DNA from: Planctomycetota bacterium
GTDB lineage: Bacteria; Planctomycetota; SZUA-567; H5-PLA8
Length of the DNA stretch: 64,000 nucleotides
Assembly: GCA_038227875.1 (NCBI GenBank)
Contig: JBBRPR010000013.1
Span: 32,001 to 96,000, forward strand
Direction of reading: 5' to 3'
The position numbers and the translations under genes are program-made. Within the stretch, counting starts at the first letter, position 1. The number at the start of each line of letters is the position of its first letter. The notes under the pieces were generated by a model. The model was not told the DNA's origin. It saw only the letters and a list, made by a program, of their open reading frames with translations, and ran no database searches. Below are positions 49,469 through 58,995 of this stretch, piece after piece.

Positions 49469-52435
49469 TTACGCGTAGACAGACTTCAGTAACGCTTCCG
49501 TTTCAGCGGCGATCTCTCCGCTTCCGGCCGCGGTGATCCGCCGCGCTTCTTGAATGACATTCAACAACAGGCGGTCCGCCGCGGGATTGGCGTCGAGTGT
49601 TTCCAGGATGCGGAGCGTGTTGAGCAGGATTCGCCCGTGTCCGAGGCGATGACTGCTGAGCAGCGTTCCGGAGACATATCCGCCAGAGACATTGGGCTGC
49701 CCGCAAGCGCCGGTGGCGAACGCGGCAGCGTAGACTTCGTCCGGTGCGGATTGATGCTGAAAAATCTCACGACTGATCAACGCGTTGTAATATTCCCAAT
49801 CCATCACGCCGGGTCCGTCGAGCCCGGAGAACACCGCGTGGCGCTTGGATACGCATTCCTTGTGGTAGAGCCAGTCGTTGTATTCGATGCAGGTTCCCTG
49901 CTCTTTCAGTGGCAACCAACCGGTCTTCTTTTCGCCGCGCGTGAGGACTTGCGGACGGAGGAACACCGCGGTGCTGCCACGCGCAATCTGGCGCGCAAAC
50001 TTCATCCATTCCGCTGCGTCGGGTGGTGTTTTGAAATGATTACCAACCAGCACGATTTCCGGAGCGTTGATGCCGTCCAACTTGAGCGGCGTGCACGTGA
50101 CGCCGTGGCGCGATAACCAGGTCACGCTCGCTTCATCGATGCCCCACGTCGACACGCATTCGTTCAACTTTGGCAACGCAGCAGAATCGGAGACATGAAA
50201 CGTGAGTCGTCCACCTGCCGGAGCAGCGCCGCGCTCGATGTTCGCCGCGAACGTGTATTCACCCGGAGGACCACTAATCGTGATCTCCTGCGCGAGCACC
50301 GGAACTGCCAGCGCGCTGCTGGTGATCTTCAATACAGAGCTGTGCTCCCACGCCAATCCCGCAGGACCAAAAATGCGCAGCTGTACCGGATAGTCGCCAG
50401 GCTTGAGCACGTCCTCGTTGGCGAGCACCGCTTCGATTTTAAATGGGCGGTCGGTGTAGACATGCATGGGTTCGACGAAGAGACACCAGCGCAACGGCGC
50501 CCAACCGTCGCTGACGGCATCGAACGTCCCCTGCTTCCAGCGCCGCCAGAAAGTCCACAGTCCTTCGCCCGTGATCGCATGATCCAGCATGCCGGTGAGG
50601 TTGTAGCCGCAAAATTTCGAGTTGGAACGCAGGCAATCGAATGTGAAGGCGCGCTGGCGTGAATGCAGTCGCTGGCTTTCGAGAAATAAATCTTCTGGAA
50701 ACGGGTACACCGTGTCGAATCCCCAGCGGCTCCAATCGTTGAGGAATTTCTCCGTCATCGAGCGGTTCAGCGCGAAGTCTTTCAACGCCGGATTCAAGCC
50801 AGCCTGCTCAAAGTGCCGCAGTTCGTGGATTGAATTCTGAAGACTCCCGATGCCGTACTCGGAAAGAAACATCGGTTTCGTTTCTGCACCGACGGTCCGC
50901 ACGAATTTTGTAGCAAACGGAGCCTGCGGAACGCGCGTGTACACATGGCAGTCGCCGGCTTGCTGCGCGTAACCGGCGACCTTGCTGTCATAATCGCACC
51001 AGGTCAGATTCGCGGGGAGCGGTAGGGCATTCGGAGCTTCCAAGCCCCAGGCGTGTTCCCACGATTGGCTTCCCGGATTGCAGACCGAACCGATATCCTG
51101 CCTGCCATCCCAGCGTCCGCTGCTCAGCAGGACCAGTCGCGAGTCATCCTGTTCGCGAACCACTGTCAATGCCGCCACCGCTTGATCAAAGACCGCTCCC
51201 GCCGGCGTCTCATTCAACATGCCCCAGATTGTGACGCTGGGATGGTTGCGATCGCGCTTGACCATTTCGCGCACGCCCCGGTCGAAGCGTTCCTTCATCT
51301 GCGGAGAATCCTGCAGGCACCAACCGGCATTGCATTCCTCGTAGACCATCAGGCCAAGTTCGTCACAGAAATCGAGTTGCTCCGGACACGCCACGCCGGA
51401 GATGAAACGGACCATGTTGAAGCCGCTGGCCTTGGCGTAGATCATGTCGCGCCGGAGAAATTCATGATCCGGCGGAGCCACTTGCCCGCCAGGAAGATGA
51501 TTGCCGGTGTGTGTGGATTTCAGAAAGAGACGTTTGCCGTTGAGCGTGAAGAAACCATCGACGACGCGAAAATCACGGAAGCCGCAGCGTACTGAAAGTG
51601 TGTGCACGGCCTTAGTGGACTCCGTCGCCGACACGCGGGCTGTCACTCGATAGAGATACGGATCGTCCAGGCTCCACAGCCGCGGGTTCGCGATCGTGAT
51701 TTGAGTCGAGAGTGTGGAACTGCCCACCGCGAGTTCATGATCAAGCTGTACTGTTTCGCGCGTACCGCCCTGCGCCGCGGGAGCGACGTCGAATTCCAGC
51801 GCGACATCGGTGGCCGCGCCTAGCGTATTGCGCACCGTCGTTGTGATTGTGAGCGTTTGGGTTTTTGCATCAGCTTTCACGAAGACGTCTTCGATATACA
51901 CAGCGGGAACGAGCAGCAGTTCGACGTTGCCGATGATTCCGCCGTAGTTGAAGGAGGCACCGGGCGCGCACTCGATGGAATCGCTCTTGTTCCGATTGGG
52001 ACGCTGGGCCCGAGCCTCGCCAACGGGATTGAGCACACGAACGGCAACCAGATTCGACGCATTCAACTTGAGGGCGTCGGTGATATCGAGCGTAAATGGC
52101 GTTTCAGGATTGTTAAAGCCGCCGACTTCCCGTCCGTTGATCCAGACGATCGATTCGTTATCGACCGCGCCGAAACGAAGTAGGTATCGTCCCTGTTGAT
52201 GCGGATTTTCCGCAGGCGTGAAGGTCATGTAATACCAGACCACGCCATGGCAATCGGGCAACGCCTGCTGGATGATCCCCGGCACGGGACAACTCACAGT
52301 CGCGGGCACTTGAGATTTGAACCACGCCTGCTTCATGCCGGCATCATCAGGATCCGCGGCGAGTTGCCACTGACCGTTCAGAGATTGCACGATGGTACCG
52401 CTGGTGAGGGACAATTCCCTGGGCTGCGTCATCAT
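49469..52435 (-). CDS. Glycoside hydrolase family 2 (no obvious signal peptide)
   Basis: SLNGQW, LRFGAVD, LWS.DDPYLY, GFR, DELGLMVYEE, RDRNHPSVTIWGMLNE (acid/base), FLSEYG (nucleophile). Confidence 0.9.
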   Translation of the reverse strand: MMTQPRELSLTSGTIVQSLNGQWQLAADPDDAGMKQAWFKSQVPATVSCPVPGIIQQALPDCHGVVWYYMTFTPAENPHQQGRYLLRFGAVDNESIVWINGREVGGFNNPETPFTLDITDALKLNASNLVAVRVLNPVGEARAQRPNRNKSDSIECAPGASFNYGGIIGNVELLLVPAVYIEDVFVKADAKTQTLTITTTVRNTLGAATDVALEFDVAPAAQGGTRETVQLDHELAVGSSTLSTQITIANPRLWSLDDPYLYRVTARVSATESTKAVHTLSVRCGFRDFRVVDGFFTLNGKRLFLKSTHTGNHLPGGQVAPPDHEFLRRDMIYAKASGFNMVRFISGVACPEQLDFCDELGLMVYEECNAGWCLQDSPQMKERFDRGVREMVKRDRNHPSVTIWGMLNETPAGAVFDQAVAALTVVREQDDSRLVLLSSGRWDGRQDIGSVCNPGSQSWEHAWGLEAPNALPLPANLTWCDYDSKVAGYAQQAGDCHVYTRVPQAPFATKFVRTVGAETKPMFLSEYGIGSLQNSIHELRHFEQAGLNPALKDFALNRSMTEKFLNDWSRWGFDTVYPFPEDLFLESQRLHSRQRAFTFDCLRSNSKFCGYNLTGMLDHAITGEGLWTFWRRWKQGTFDAVSDGWAPLRWCLFVEPMHVYTDRPFKIEAVLANEDVLKPGDYPVQLRIFGPAGLAWEHSSVLKITSSALAVPVLAQEITISGPPGEYTFAANIERGAAPAGGRLTFHVSDSAALPKLNECVSTWGIDEASVTWLSRHGVTCTPLKLDGINAPEIVLVGNHFKTPPDAAEWMKFARQIARGSTAVFLRPQVLTRGEKKTGWLPLKEQGTCIEYNDWLYHKECVSKRHAVFSGLDGPGVMDWEYYNALISREIFQHQSAPDEVYAAAFATGACGQPNVSGGYVSGTLLSSHRLGHGRILLNTLRILETLDANPAADRLLLNVIQEARRITAAGSGEIAAETEALLKSVYA

Positions 52436-52589
52436 TGTGTCGATTAGACTCCGAAGATACTGCGCCGCATGCACAGCATGCCGCGTCTTTGAAGGATGTT
52501 TACTTATACCCGTCGCGATGCGGAACTCGCCATGGCGCGAAGTCCGAATTTCATGTCAATTTGTCTGGCTTCGGCTAGCATAGATCCGG

Positions 52590-53438
52590 ATGAACAAGAC
52601 ACTCGATACAATTTTAAGCACTTCACTGCGCTTTGAATACCAAATGGGGAACTGCACGCCGCTGAAACGGCCGCACTCCACCGGCTGGCGCACGTTGCCG
52701 GGTCTGATGTGCTCCCAAGCCCATGGCGGCGGCAGCGAGAGCATCGAACTGAGCGACGGAAAAGTTCGCATTGCGAAGCCGGGGGAATTGATTGTGCTGC
52801 CCGCCGGCGTCTTTCACAAAGTCGATGTCGTGACGCCGCGAGAAGTGCGGCGCTGGGTGCATGTCAATTATTTCGTATTCGATAGTCTCGACCTATTCAC
52901 GCTATTTGACGTGGATGTCCTGGTGGGCAAGAAGCTGGGTGTGAAAATTGGCGATCTGATCGAAGACTGGATTGGAATTCACAAGGAAGCATCGCAACGC
53001 GATACGCTCTGGTTCAATGCGCGCTGCAACCAATTTGGCTTTGAGCTGCTGGCCTGCCTGGCGCAGATTTCAAAGCCCAAGCCAGGCGTCGGAGAAAAAT
53101 GGGACCACGCCAGAGAGCTCTGGCCGGTGATTCAATACATGCATGCGAATTTCAGCCAGCCGATTGAGCGCGACACGCTGGCGGAGCTCGCGTGCCTCTC
53201 GCCGGCGCAGTTTCATCACGTCTTCAAGCTGACGACCGGCGCTACGCCGATCGACTACCTGCGATCCATCCGCGTCCGTCATGCGCAGCAATTGTTGATT
53301 ACGACTTCTGATTCCGTCTTCGAAATCGCGCGGCGCTGCGGCTACGAGGACCCGTTCGTCTTCAGCAAGGCATTCAAGCGCGTCTGCAACGCCAGTCCGC
53401 GGGATTACCGGCGGACCGTGCGGCATTCTGAGTCCTGA
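52590..53438 (+). CDS. AraC family transcriptional regulator (divergent from GH2)
   Basis: N-terminal cupin; C-terminal LAELACLS..QFHHVFK...IARRCGY.D...FSKAFK...SPRDYR. Confidence 0.93.
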   Translation: MNKTLDTILSTSLRFEYQMGNCTPLKRPHSTGWRTLPGLMCSQAHGGGSESIELSDGKVRIAKPGELIVLPAGVFHKVDVVTPREVRRWVHVNYFVFDSLDLFTLFDVDVLVGKKLGVKIGDLIEDWIGIHKEASQRDTLWFNARCNQFGFELLACLAQISKPKPGVGEKWDHARELWPVIQYMHANFSQPIERDTLAELACLSPAQFHHVFKLTTGATPIDYLRSIRVRHAQQLLITTSDSVFEIARRCGYEDPFVFSKAFKRVCNASPRDYRRTVRHSES

Positions 53439-53444
53439 CACACC

Positions 53445-54329
53445 TCAAGCGTGCGCCGTTTCCTGTGCGCCAACGCCTGCCATCACGCCCGATCCGGGCG
53501 GGGTCTTGTGTTTCCACGGGTAGACGATCTGGCGGCGTTCCGGCGTCAGGCGGGACATCAAGCCGGGTGAAGGAACGTAACCGAAGCGGAAGTTGCCCCA
53601 GGACGGTCCGTAGCGGTAGACGACGATGCGGCGCTCACCGGGATTTTTGCGCGTCGCGGAACCGTGACAGATGCCGTCCACGAACAGAATGACGTCGCCG
53701 GCGTTCATGTAAACTTCAATCGCGCCGGTTACGCCTTCCATAGAGCCGCCTTCGCGGATGAAATGCGCTTCGGTCTCCGGATGGCGCATGTTCGATTTGT
53801 GGCTGCCGGGGATCACCATCGTCGCGCCGTCGCCGGGGCCGATGTCGGTCAGCGCCAATAGCATGTTCACCTGGCCGCACATGAATTCGCCGTGCTTGTA
53901 TTGGTACTGGCAGCGTTTGACGCATTCGCGCCCGCCGGAATGCATGCCAATGCCCTGATGCGGTCCGCGCAGACTCGCGAAGTTTTCATCGATAAACAAC
54001 GGGCCATGGAGATAGTCGAACGAATCCTTGCCGCCGACGTAATGTTTGATGTGATTGATGTAGTGCGGGTGATCGATCAGGCGCTCGAAGGGTTCGCCGG
54101 CTTCGTAGATCTGTTGCAATGCCACGCCGCGGGACTTCTCCACGTTCTCGCTGTGAATATAGCCGTGCCAACCGTTGGGTTCGAGCGGCGGGACCTGGTC
54201 GATGATCGCGTTCATCTCTTTGATGTGCGTGCGCGAAACTGCGCCTTTGATGTGCAGGAAGCCGTTCAAGTCGAACAGATAATCGTCCAAGGCACTGGGT
54301 TGCGTGACGTCTCTTGCTTTGTCGCTCAT
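53445..54329 (-). CDS. PhyH-family dioxygenase-like protein
   Basis: YLFDLNGF, GDGATMVIPGSHKS, AGDVILF....CHGS; AAAGGAG RBS. Confidence 0.88.
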   Translation of the reverse strand: MSDKARDVTQPSALDDYLFDLNGFLHIKGAVSRTHIKEMNAIIDQVPPLEPNGWHGYIHSENVEKSRGVALQQIYEAGEPFERLIDHPHYINHIKHYVGGKDSFDYLHGPLFIDENFASLRGPHQGIGMHSGGRECVKRCQYQYKHGEFMCGQVNMLLALTDIGPGDGATMVIPGSHKSNMRHPETEAHFIREGGSMEGVTGAIEVYMNAGDVILFVDGICHGSATRKNPGERRIVVYRYGPSWGNFRFGYVPSPGLMSRLTPERRQIVYPWKHKTPPGSGVMAGVGAQETAHA

Positions 54330-54398
54330 CGCTCGATTGACTCCTTTGAAGGTTCCCAGGTCACTGTTCGATACTCAAAATACCTCCTGAATGGAGAT

Positions 54399-54430
54399 TA
54401 TCTTCTTGACTGGCGTCCATATTTTCTTGA
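54399..54430. promoter_or_regulatory. Direct repeats with 21-bp period; candidate AraC-family binding half-sites
   Basis: TATCTTCTTGA (54399-54409) and TATTTTCTTGA (54420-54430) between the divergent PhyH and AraC genes. Confidence 0.5.
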
Positions 54431-54445
54431 AAAGTAACCTTTAAG

Positions 54446-55318
54446 ATGAAAAAGAAACTCGGCACCGGCATCGAACGCGTTTCAGCCCTCGGCTTTCGCA
54501 TCTGGTCGTTCACCGCGACGCACTCGATGCAGATGGCGCGTGCGCACAGCCATGCCGATTTCGAACTGAACTTCCTCACCCGCGGACATTTGAAGTACGC
54601 CTTTGGCGGCTCCATCGTCACGGTCATGCCCGGCAGCATGGCGTTATTCTGGGGCAGCATTCCGCACCAGTCGATCGAGACCTCCACCGACGCCCTGGGA
54701 TTCTGGGCCACGCTGCCGCTGACGCTGGTCTTAAGTTGGAATCTGCCAAAGAAGCTCGATGACCGCATGCTACGCGGCGAGTTCGTGACCGCGCGCGAAT
54801 CACCGGACACAGCCGCCAGCGACACGCTGCTGCTCAGCCATTGGCCCGCCGATTACCAGCGCAAGGATCCGGAATTGCGGCGCACGCTGCTGCTTGAAAT
54901 TGAAGCGCGCATACGGCGCCTCGCTCACGATAGCGCTGCGCCGACGCTCCACGGTGCAGCCAAGCGCCCGGAACCGGGAATCGAGAGCGCGCTGGCATTC
55001 CTGCACGCGCATTATCTCGAAGACATCCAGGCCGAAGACGCGGGGGCGGCGGCGGGCTGGCATCCGAAGTATCTGATGCGGCAGTTCAAGCAGACGCTGA
55101 ATATGACCGTCGGCGAATACCTGATGCGGCTGCGCATTTCGCATGCGCAGTGGCTGCTGATCTCGTCGGAGAAGTCGATGCTCGACATCGCCTTCGATTC
55201 GGGCTTTCAGTCGCTCGCACCGTTTTACCAAGCATTCCGCAAGGTCGTTCCGGAGGCTTCTCCCCTGCAGTTCCGCAAAGATGCGCGCAAGAAGAACGAG
55301 CTCGGCGCAGACTCCTGA
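54446..55318 (+). CDS. AraC family transcriptional regulator (MelR-like)
   Basis: H.H.DFELN, FWGSIPHQ, HPKYLMRQFK, IAFDSGFQS...FY.AF. Confidence 0.92.
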   Translation: MKKKLGTGIERVSALGFRIWSFTATHSMQMARAHSHADFELNFLTRGHLKYAFGGSIVTVMPGSMALFWGSIPHQSIETSTDALGFWATLPLTLVLSWNLPKKLDDRMLRGEFVTARESPDTAASDTLLLSHWPADYQRKDPELRRTLLLEIEARIRRLAHDSAAPTLHGAAKRPEPGIESALAFLHAHYLEDIQAEDAGAAAGWHPKYLMRQFKQTLNMTVGEYLMRLRISHAQWLLISSEKSMLDIAFDSGFQSLAPFYQAFRKVVPEASPLQFRKDARKKNELGADS

Positions 55319-55324
55319 TCGAGC

Positions 55325-57241
55325 TCAAGGCCCCGATTTGACATGATCCAATCGGAAGATGTCCTGCTTGAGATTCTTCGGCGGATCGGGCTCCAGTACC
55401 TCGGCCTTATTGAACGAATTCATGGTGCCGCGCACATCCGGGGCGTTGGGATGAAGCGAGAGCTGGTTCATCAGGTCCTTGCTGATGCATTCGGATTCCG
55501 ACGGCGTGCTGAGGATATGCGGCCGGACCACGACGATCAGTTCGTGGCGTGTGCGGCCGGAATTCTGCCGGCGGAACGGAATGCCCAGCACGGGAATGCG
55601 CCCAAGGACCGGCACTTCGGCGCGCTGATCGGTCACGTTTTCTTCGATCAAGCCACCGACGGCGATTTCCAGATCGTCCTTCGCGATGATCGTCCCGCTG
55701 ACCGTGCGCGAGGCGACGACGTCCACGGGTTGGTTCTGCACCGAACCGTTGCCGGTGACGACGGGAATCGTCGCTCCGTTGGAGTTGATGCTCGAATTTT
55801 CCTGCAACAGCCGCAGCGTTACGGTGCGGTCGGAATTGATATTGGGTGTGAGCAGCAGCGTGGTGCCGACCGGACGGAATTCGATGGTCGTGTTCGGAGT
55901 GGTCGTCGACGTGTTGTTGTTCTGCACGGTGTTGCTGGAAATGTTGCGCACGATTGGCCGCTCTTCGCCGATGAACAGGCGCGAGACTTCGTTATTCGCC
56001 GTCATCAGCAGGGGCGTCGCCAGTGTCGTAACTTTATTCTTAGTCTGCAGCATCTGCAGACGCGCGCGGAAATTCTTGTTCACGAACTGAAACGTCAGAT
56101 CGCCGTTGCGTACCGCCGTACCGCCCACATCCAGCGGAGCAGCCCTGCGCGCCGCGCCGCTGAGGACATCGGCCAGCGGCGGTTGAATGCTGCCGCTGGA
56201 AAACCCGCCCGCCGTGGTGACGCCGTCGGAAAACTGGAAATCGAACATCGAGTTCAAGCCGTCCTCGAGATCGACGGAGAGCACTTTGACTTCCAGCAGC
56301 ACCAGCGGCGTCGGCACATCCAGGCGGTGAACGAGTGTGCTGATTTCGTCGAGACTCTTCTGATCGCTGGTGCGCAGTAGCACGATGTTGTTCTTGCGGC
56401 TGATCGAGACAAAGATGCTCGCCGTCTGACGGCGGAACTTCTGCAGCGCCGCGTCGGCATCGCCATTTCCCTTTTCGATCAGCTTCTGGACAAGATCAGC
56501 CTGTTCCGGCGTCAGCGAACGGAAGGTGTTCTCCGCATCGCGCCGGTTGGAATTCAGTCGCATTTGCGGGCCGTTCAACGCGTTGTCGGAGGATGCCGTA
56601 CTCGACGAAAATCGGTTGTTCCCCGGCCCGCTGACTGACGTGTTGCTTCCGCCGGAGCCGGTGCTGTTGGACGAGAACAGACCCAAACCCTGACTGCGTT
56701 GATCGACAATATCGAAGCGGTCGAAGCGTGCATTGAGATCGTTAGCTTCATCGGTTGTGGCTTCGCGGTTGAACGACAATTGCACGCGATCGCCGTAGAG
56801 ATCGCGAATCGCCAGCGCAATCGAGACGGCGTTGGGATACAGCAGCGTGAACACTTCCGTCTTCTCTTCGCGGAAGCTGACCAGATCGCGTTCGAACTCC
56901 GGCATGGTGACGATGCGCACGATGCCTGATTTTTCATCCTGCCGGAACCAGAGGTTATGGGCTTTGCACAGCTCTTCGATCGCCGACTTTGCCGTGACGT
57001 TGTGCAGGAAAAGCGAGACTGGGATTTTCCCGGCGTCAGTCGACGAAACAATATTCAGACCCGTCTGCTGCGAAAGCATCCGTGTCGCGTCGATCAGCGG
57101 CAGCGCGCGAAAATCTACATTTTCAATCATCGCCACCGGCGCCGTTTCAGCAGCCGCACGCGCGGAAGAACAGGCCAGCAGGCAGACTAATGATCCTGCC
57201 CAGCAGAGGCTGCGTCTCATTTTCGATTTTCGACTCACCAT
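55325..57241 (-). CDS. Secretin (GspD/PilQ family)
   Basis: Signal peptide; LD.P...VLLEVKVL; TP.LMT.NN; VGT.L.LTP.IN; VGGLI; VPVLGRIPVLG.PFR; ELIVVVRPHI. Confidence 0.92.
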   Translation of the reverse strand: MVSRKSKMRRSLCWAGSLVCLLACSSARAAAETAPVAMIENVDFRALPLIDATRMLSQQTGLNIVSSTDAGKIPVSLFLHNVTAKSAIEELCKAHNLWFRQDEKSGIVRIVTMPEFERDLVSFREEKTEVFTLLYPNAVSIALAIRDLYGDRVQLSFNREATTDEANDLNARFDRFDIVDQRSQGLGLFSSNSTGSGGSNTSVSGPGNNRFSSSTASSDNALNGPQMRLNSNRRDAENTFRSLTPEQADLVQKLIEKGNGDADAALQKFRRQTASIFVSISRKNNIVLLRTSDQKSLDEISTLVHRLDVPTPLVLLEVKVLSVDLEDGLNSMFDFQFSDGVTTAGGFSSGSIQPPLADVLSGAARRAAPLDVGGTAVRNGDLTFQFVNKNFRARLQMLQTKNKVTTLATPLLMTANNEVSRLFIGEERPIVRNISSNTVQNNNTSTTTPNTTIEFRPVGTTLLLTPNINSDRTVTLRLLQENSSINSNGATIPVVTGNGSVQNQPVDVVASRTVSGTIIAKDDLEIAVGGLIEENVTDQRAEVPVLGRIPVLGIPFRRQNSGRTRHELIVVVRPHILSTPSESECISKDLMNQLSLHPNAPDVRGTMNSFNKAEVLEPDPPKNLKQDIFRLDHVKSGP

Positions 57242-57278
57242 AACTCCCCCCATTCACCACAACGTCACGAATGAAATT

Positions 57279-57725
57279 TCAGCGGACTAAAATTGGATTC
57301 TTGCGATCGGCAGCTTCCAGTTCCACGGCATCACTGTTGATTTTCTGCACGGTCAGGATGACGGATTGTCCATCGCTCAGCTGCACAGTGAACTGCGAAC
57401 CTTCAGAAACGGAAATCAGCGCACCTTTGAGCTCGATCATGGCAGAAGCACTTTTGCCTTTGGCTTGTACGATTCCCTTTAAGGTCATTTGCGGCAACGT
57501 CGCAGGAGGTTTCGGCGCCGGTGCGGCCTTCTCCGGACCGCGCAATGCCTGCTTCAACCTCTCACTGGCAGCAGTGGGATCGCGGAGCGGCCGGCTGTCG
57601 TCGGTATGTTCGATGGGTTTAGGCACCACCGGACCAGGTTCTTCCGCCCGCCCCGCGTACGGCCACGAGCCGGCCAGAAAAACCATGAGCGACATGAACT
57701 TCACGACACTGCGTTTAAAGGACAT
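57279..57725 (-). CDS. Small PilP/GspC-like periplasmic component
   Basis: Signal or anchor segment; LRDP; LKGIV.....SAMIE...V.EG...VQKI pattern; directly upstream of the secretin. Confidence 0.65.
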   Translation of the reverse strand: MSFKRSVVKFMSLMVFLAGSWPYAGRAEEPGPVVPKPIEHTDDSRPLRDPTAASERLKQALRGPEKAAPAPKPPATLPQMTLKGIVQAKGKSASAMIELKGALISVSEGSQFTVQLSDGQSVILTVQKINSDAVELEAADRKNPILVR

Positions 57726-57741
57726 TTACGCCACGCCTTTC

Positions 57742-58956
57742 TCAACCCGCCAGAGAGAACAACGCCAGGAAAAACGCAATGTATACAAAGCCCACCACTC
57801 CTCCGACCACCACGATGACCGCCGGCTCGATCAAGACGCTCAAGCGCCGGACCAGCGCGTCGAACTGCTTCTCGTGAAAGTTCGCGACTTCCTTGAGCAC
57901 CGGGTCGAGCGTGCCGGTCTCTTCGCCGATCGCAGCCATACGCCCCAGCATTGGCATGAAGGACGACTTGGCGATCAGCGGCGCCGCCAGCGTGCCGCCT
58001 TGGAGAACGACGTGCCGGACCATGCCGATTTGACTGGAGAGTGCGCGATTCGAGATCAGATTCTCGACGGTTTGCAGTCCCTCGAGCAGCGTGACGCCGC
58101 TTTCGAGCAGCAGGCTCAGGCTGCGCGCGAACATCGCCGTAGCCGACAGCCGAAACAGTTTGCCGATCAGCGGCACGCGCAGCAGAAACCGGTCAATGAT
58201 CATCCGGCCGGAAGGCGCCTTGTACATCAGCACCAAGCCCACGACCACGCCAACAAATCCGATCAGGACATACGTGCCGTTGAGCTGAAACCATGTCGAA
58301 AAGTCGAGCAGCATCTGCGTCATCGCCGGCAATCTGCGGCCGCGTGCGGAGAGAAATTTCTGCAGCTTGGGGATGATGCCCACAAGCATGAAAATGGCCA
58401 CTCCGACGGCCATGATCAGTACGATCGCCGGATACATCAGCGCGTTGAAGAGTTTGACGCGCATTTCGCGTCCGCGCTCCAAATGTTCGGCGGCGCGGTT
58501 GAGGACGACTTCGAGTTGTCCGGACGCTTCGCCCACTTTCACAAGTTGCACGACGTATTCCGGAAAGTGCCGGGGATGCGCGCGCAATGCTTCGGTAAAA
58601 GAGGAACCCGCTTCGATGCGCGCGTACACTTCCCGCCAGATTTCGCCCATCGCCGGCCGGCGGACTTGTTCCGAGGCGGTTTTGATCGCCGACATCAGCG
58701 TCAACCCGCTGCGCAGCATCGTGGCGATCTGCTGCAGCCCGACTTCCACGTCGAAGCTCGTCGCGGGAAGCCACATCGCCGGATTCAGACGCGCGAACAG
58801 ATCGAGCCCCGATTTCGCCGACGCCGATTGCACGTCCAGCACGATCCAGCCGCGGCTGCGCAGTTGCGCAGTCACGTCGCCGGGCGAACCGGCGGTCAGC
58901 GTGCCGCTCTGAGGGCGGCCGCTGCCATCGCGTGCAGAAAACAGGAAGGACGGCAT
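57742..58956 (-). CDS. pilC: Inner-membrane platform protein (PilC/GspF)
   Basis: F.FSARD.SG....G.L.A; VGEASGQL; ALMYP; IGEETGTLD; LIEP. Confidence 0.93.
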   Translation of the reverse strand: MPSFLFSARDGSGRPQSGTLTAGSPGDVTAQLRSRGWIVLDVQSASAKSGLDLFARLNPAMWLPATSFDVEVGLQQIATMLRSGLTLMSAIKTASEQVRRPAMGEIWREVYARIEAGSSFTEALRAHPRHFPEYVVQLVKVGEASGQLEVVLNRAAEHLERGREMRVKLFNALMYPAIVLIMAVGVAIFMLVGIIPKLQKFLSARGRRLPAMTQMLLDFSTWFQLNGTYVLIGFVGVVVGLVLMYKAPSGRMIIDRFLLRVPLIGKLFRLSATAMFARSLSLLLESGVTLLEGLQTVENLISNRALSSQIGMVRHVVLQGGTLAAPLIAKSSFMPMLGRMAAIGEETGTLDPVLKEVANFHEKQFDALVRRLSVLIEPAVIVVVGGVVGFVYIAFFLALFSLAG

Positions 58957-58995
58957 GGTGAGTTGTGTTGACCCTTTCTTCGTTCAAGTACTTGC

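Noticed and set aside
57271..58971. 566-aa plus-strand ORF
   Set aside because: Antisense to pilC and the PilP-like gene.
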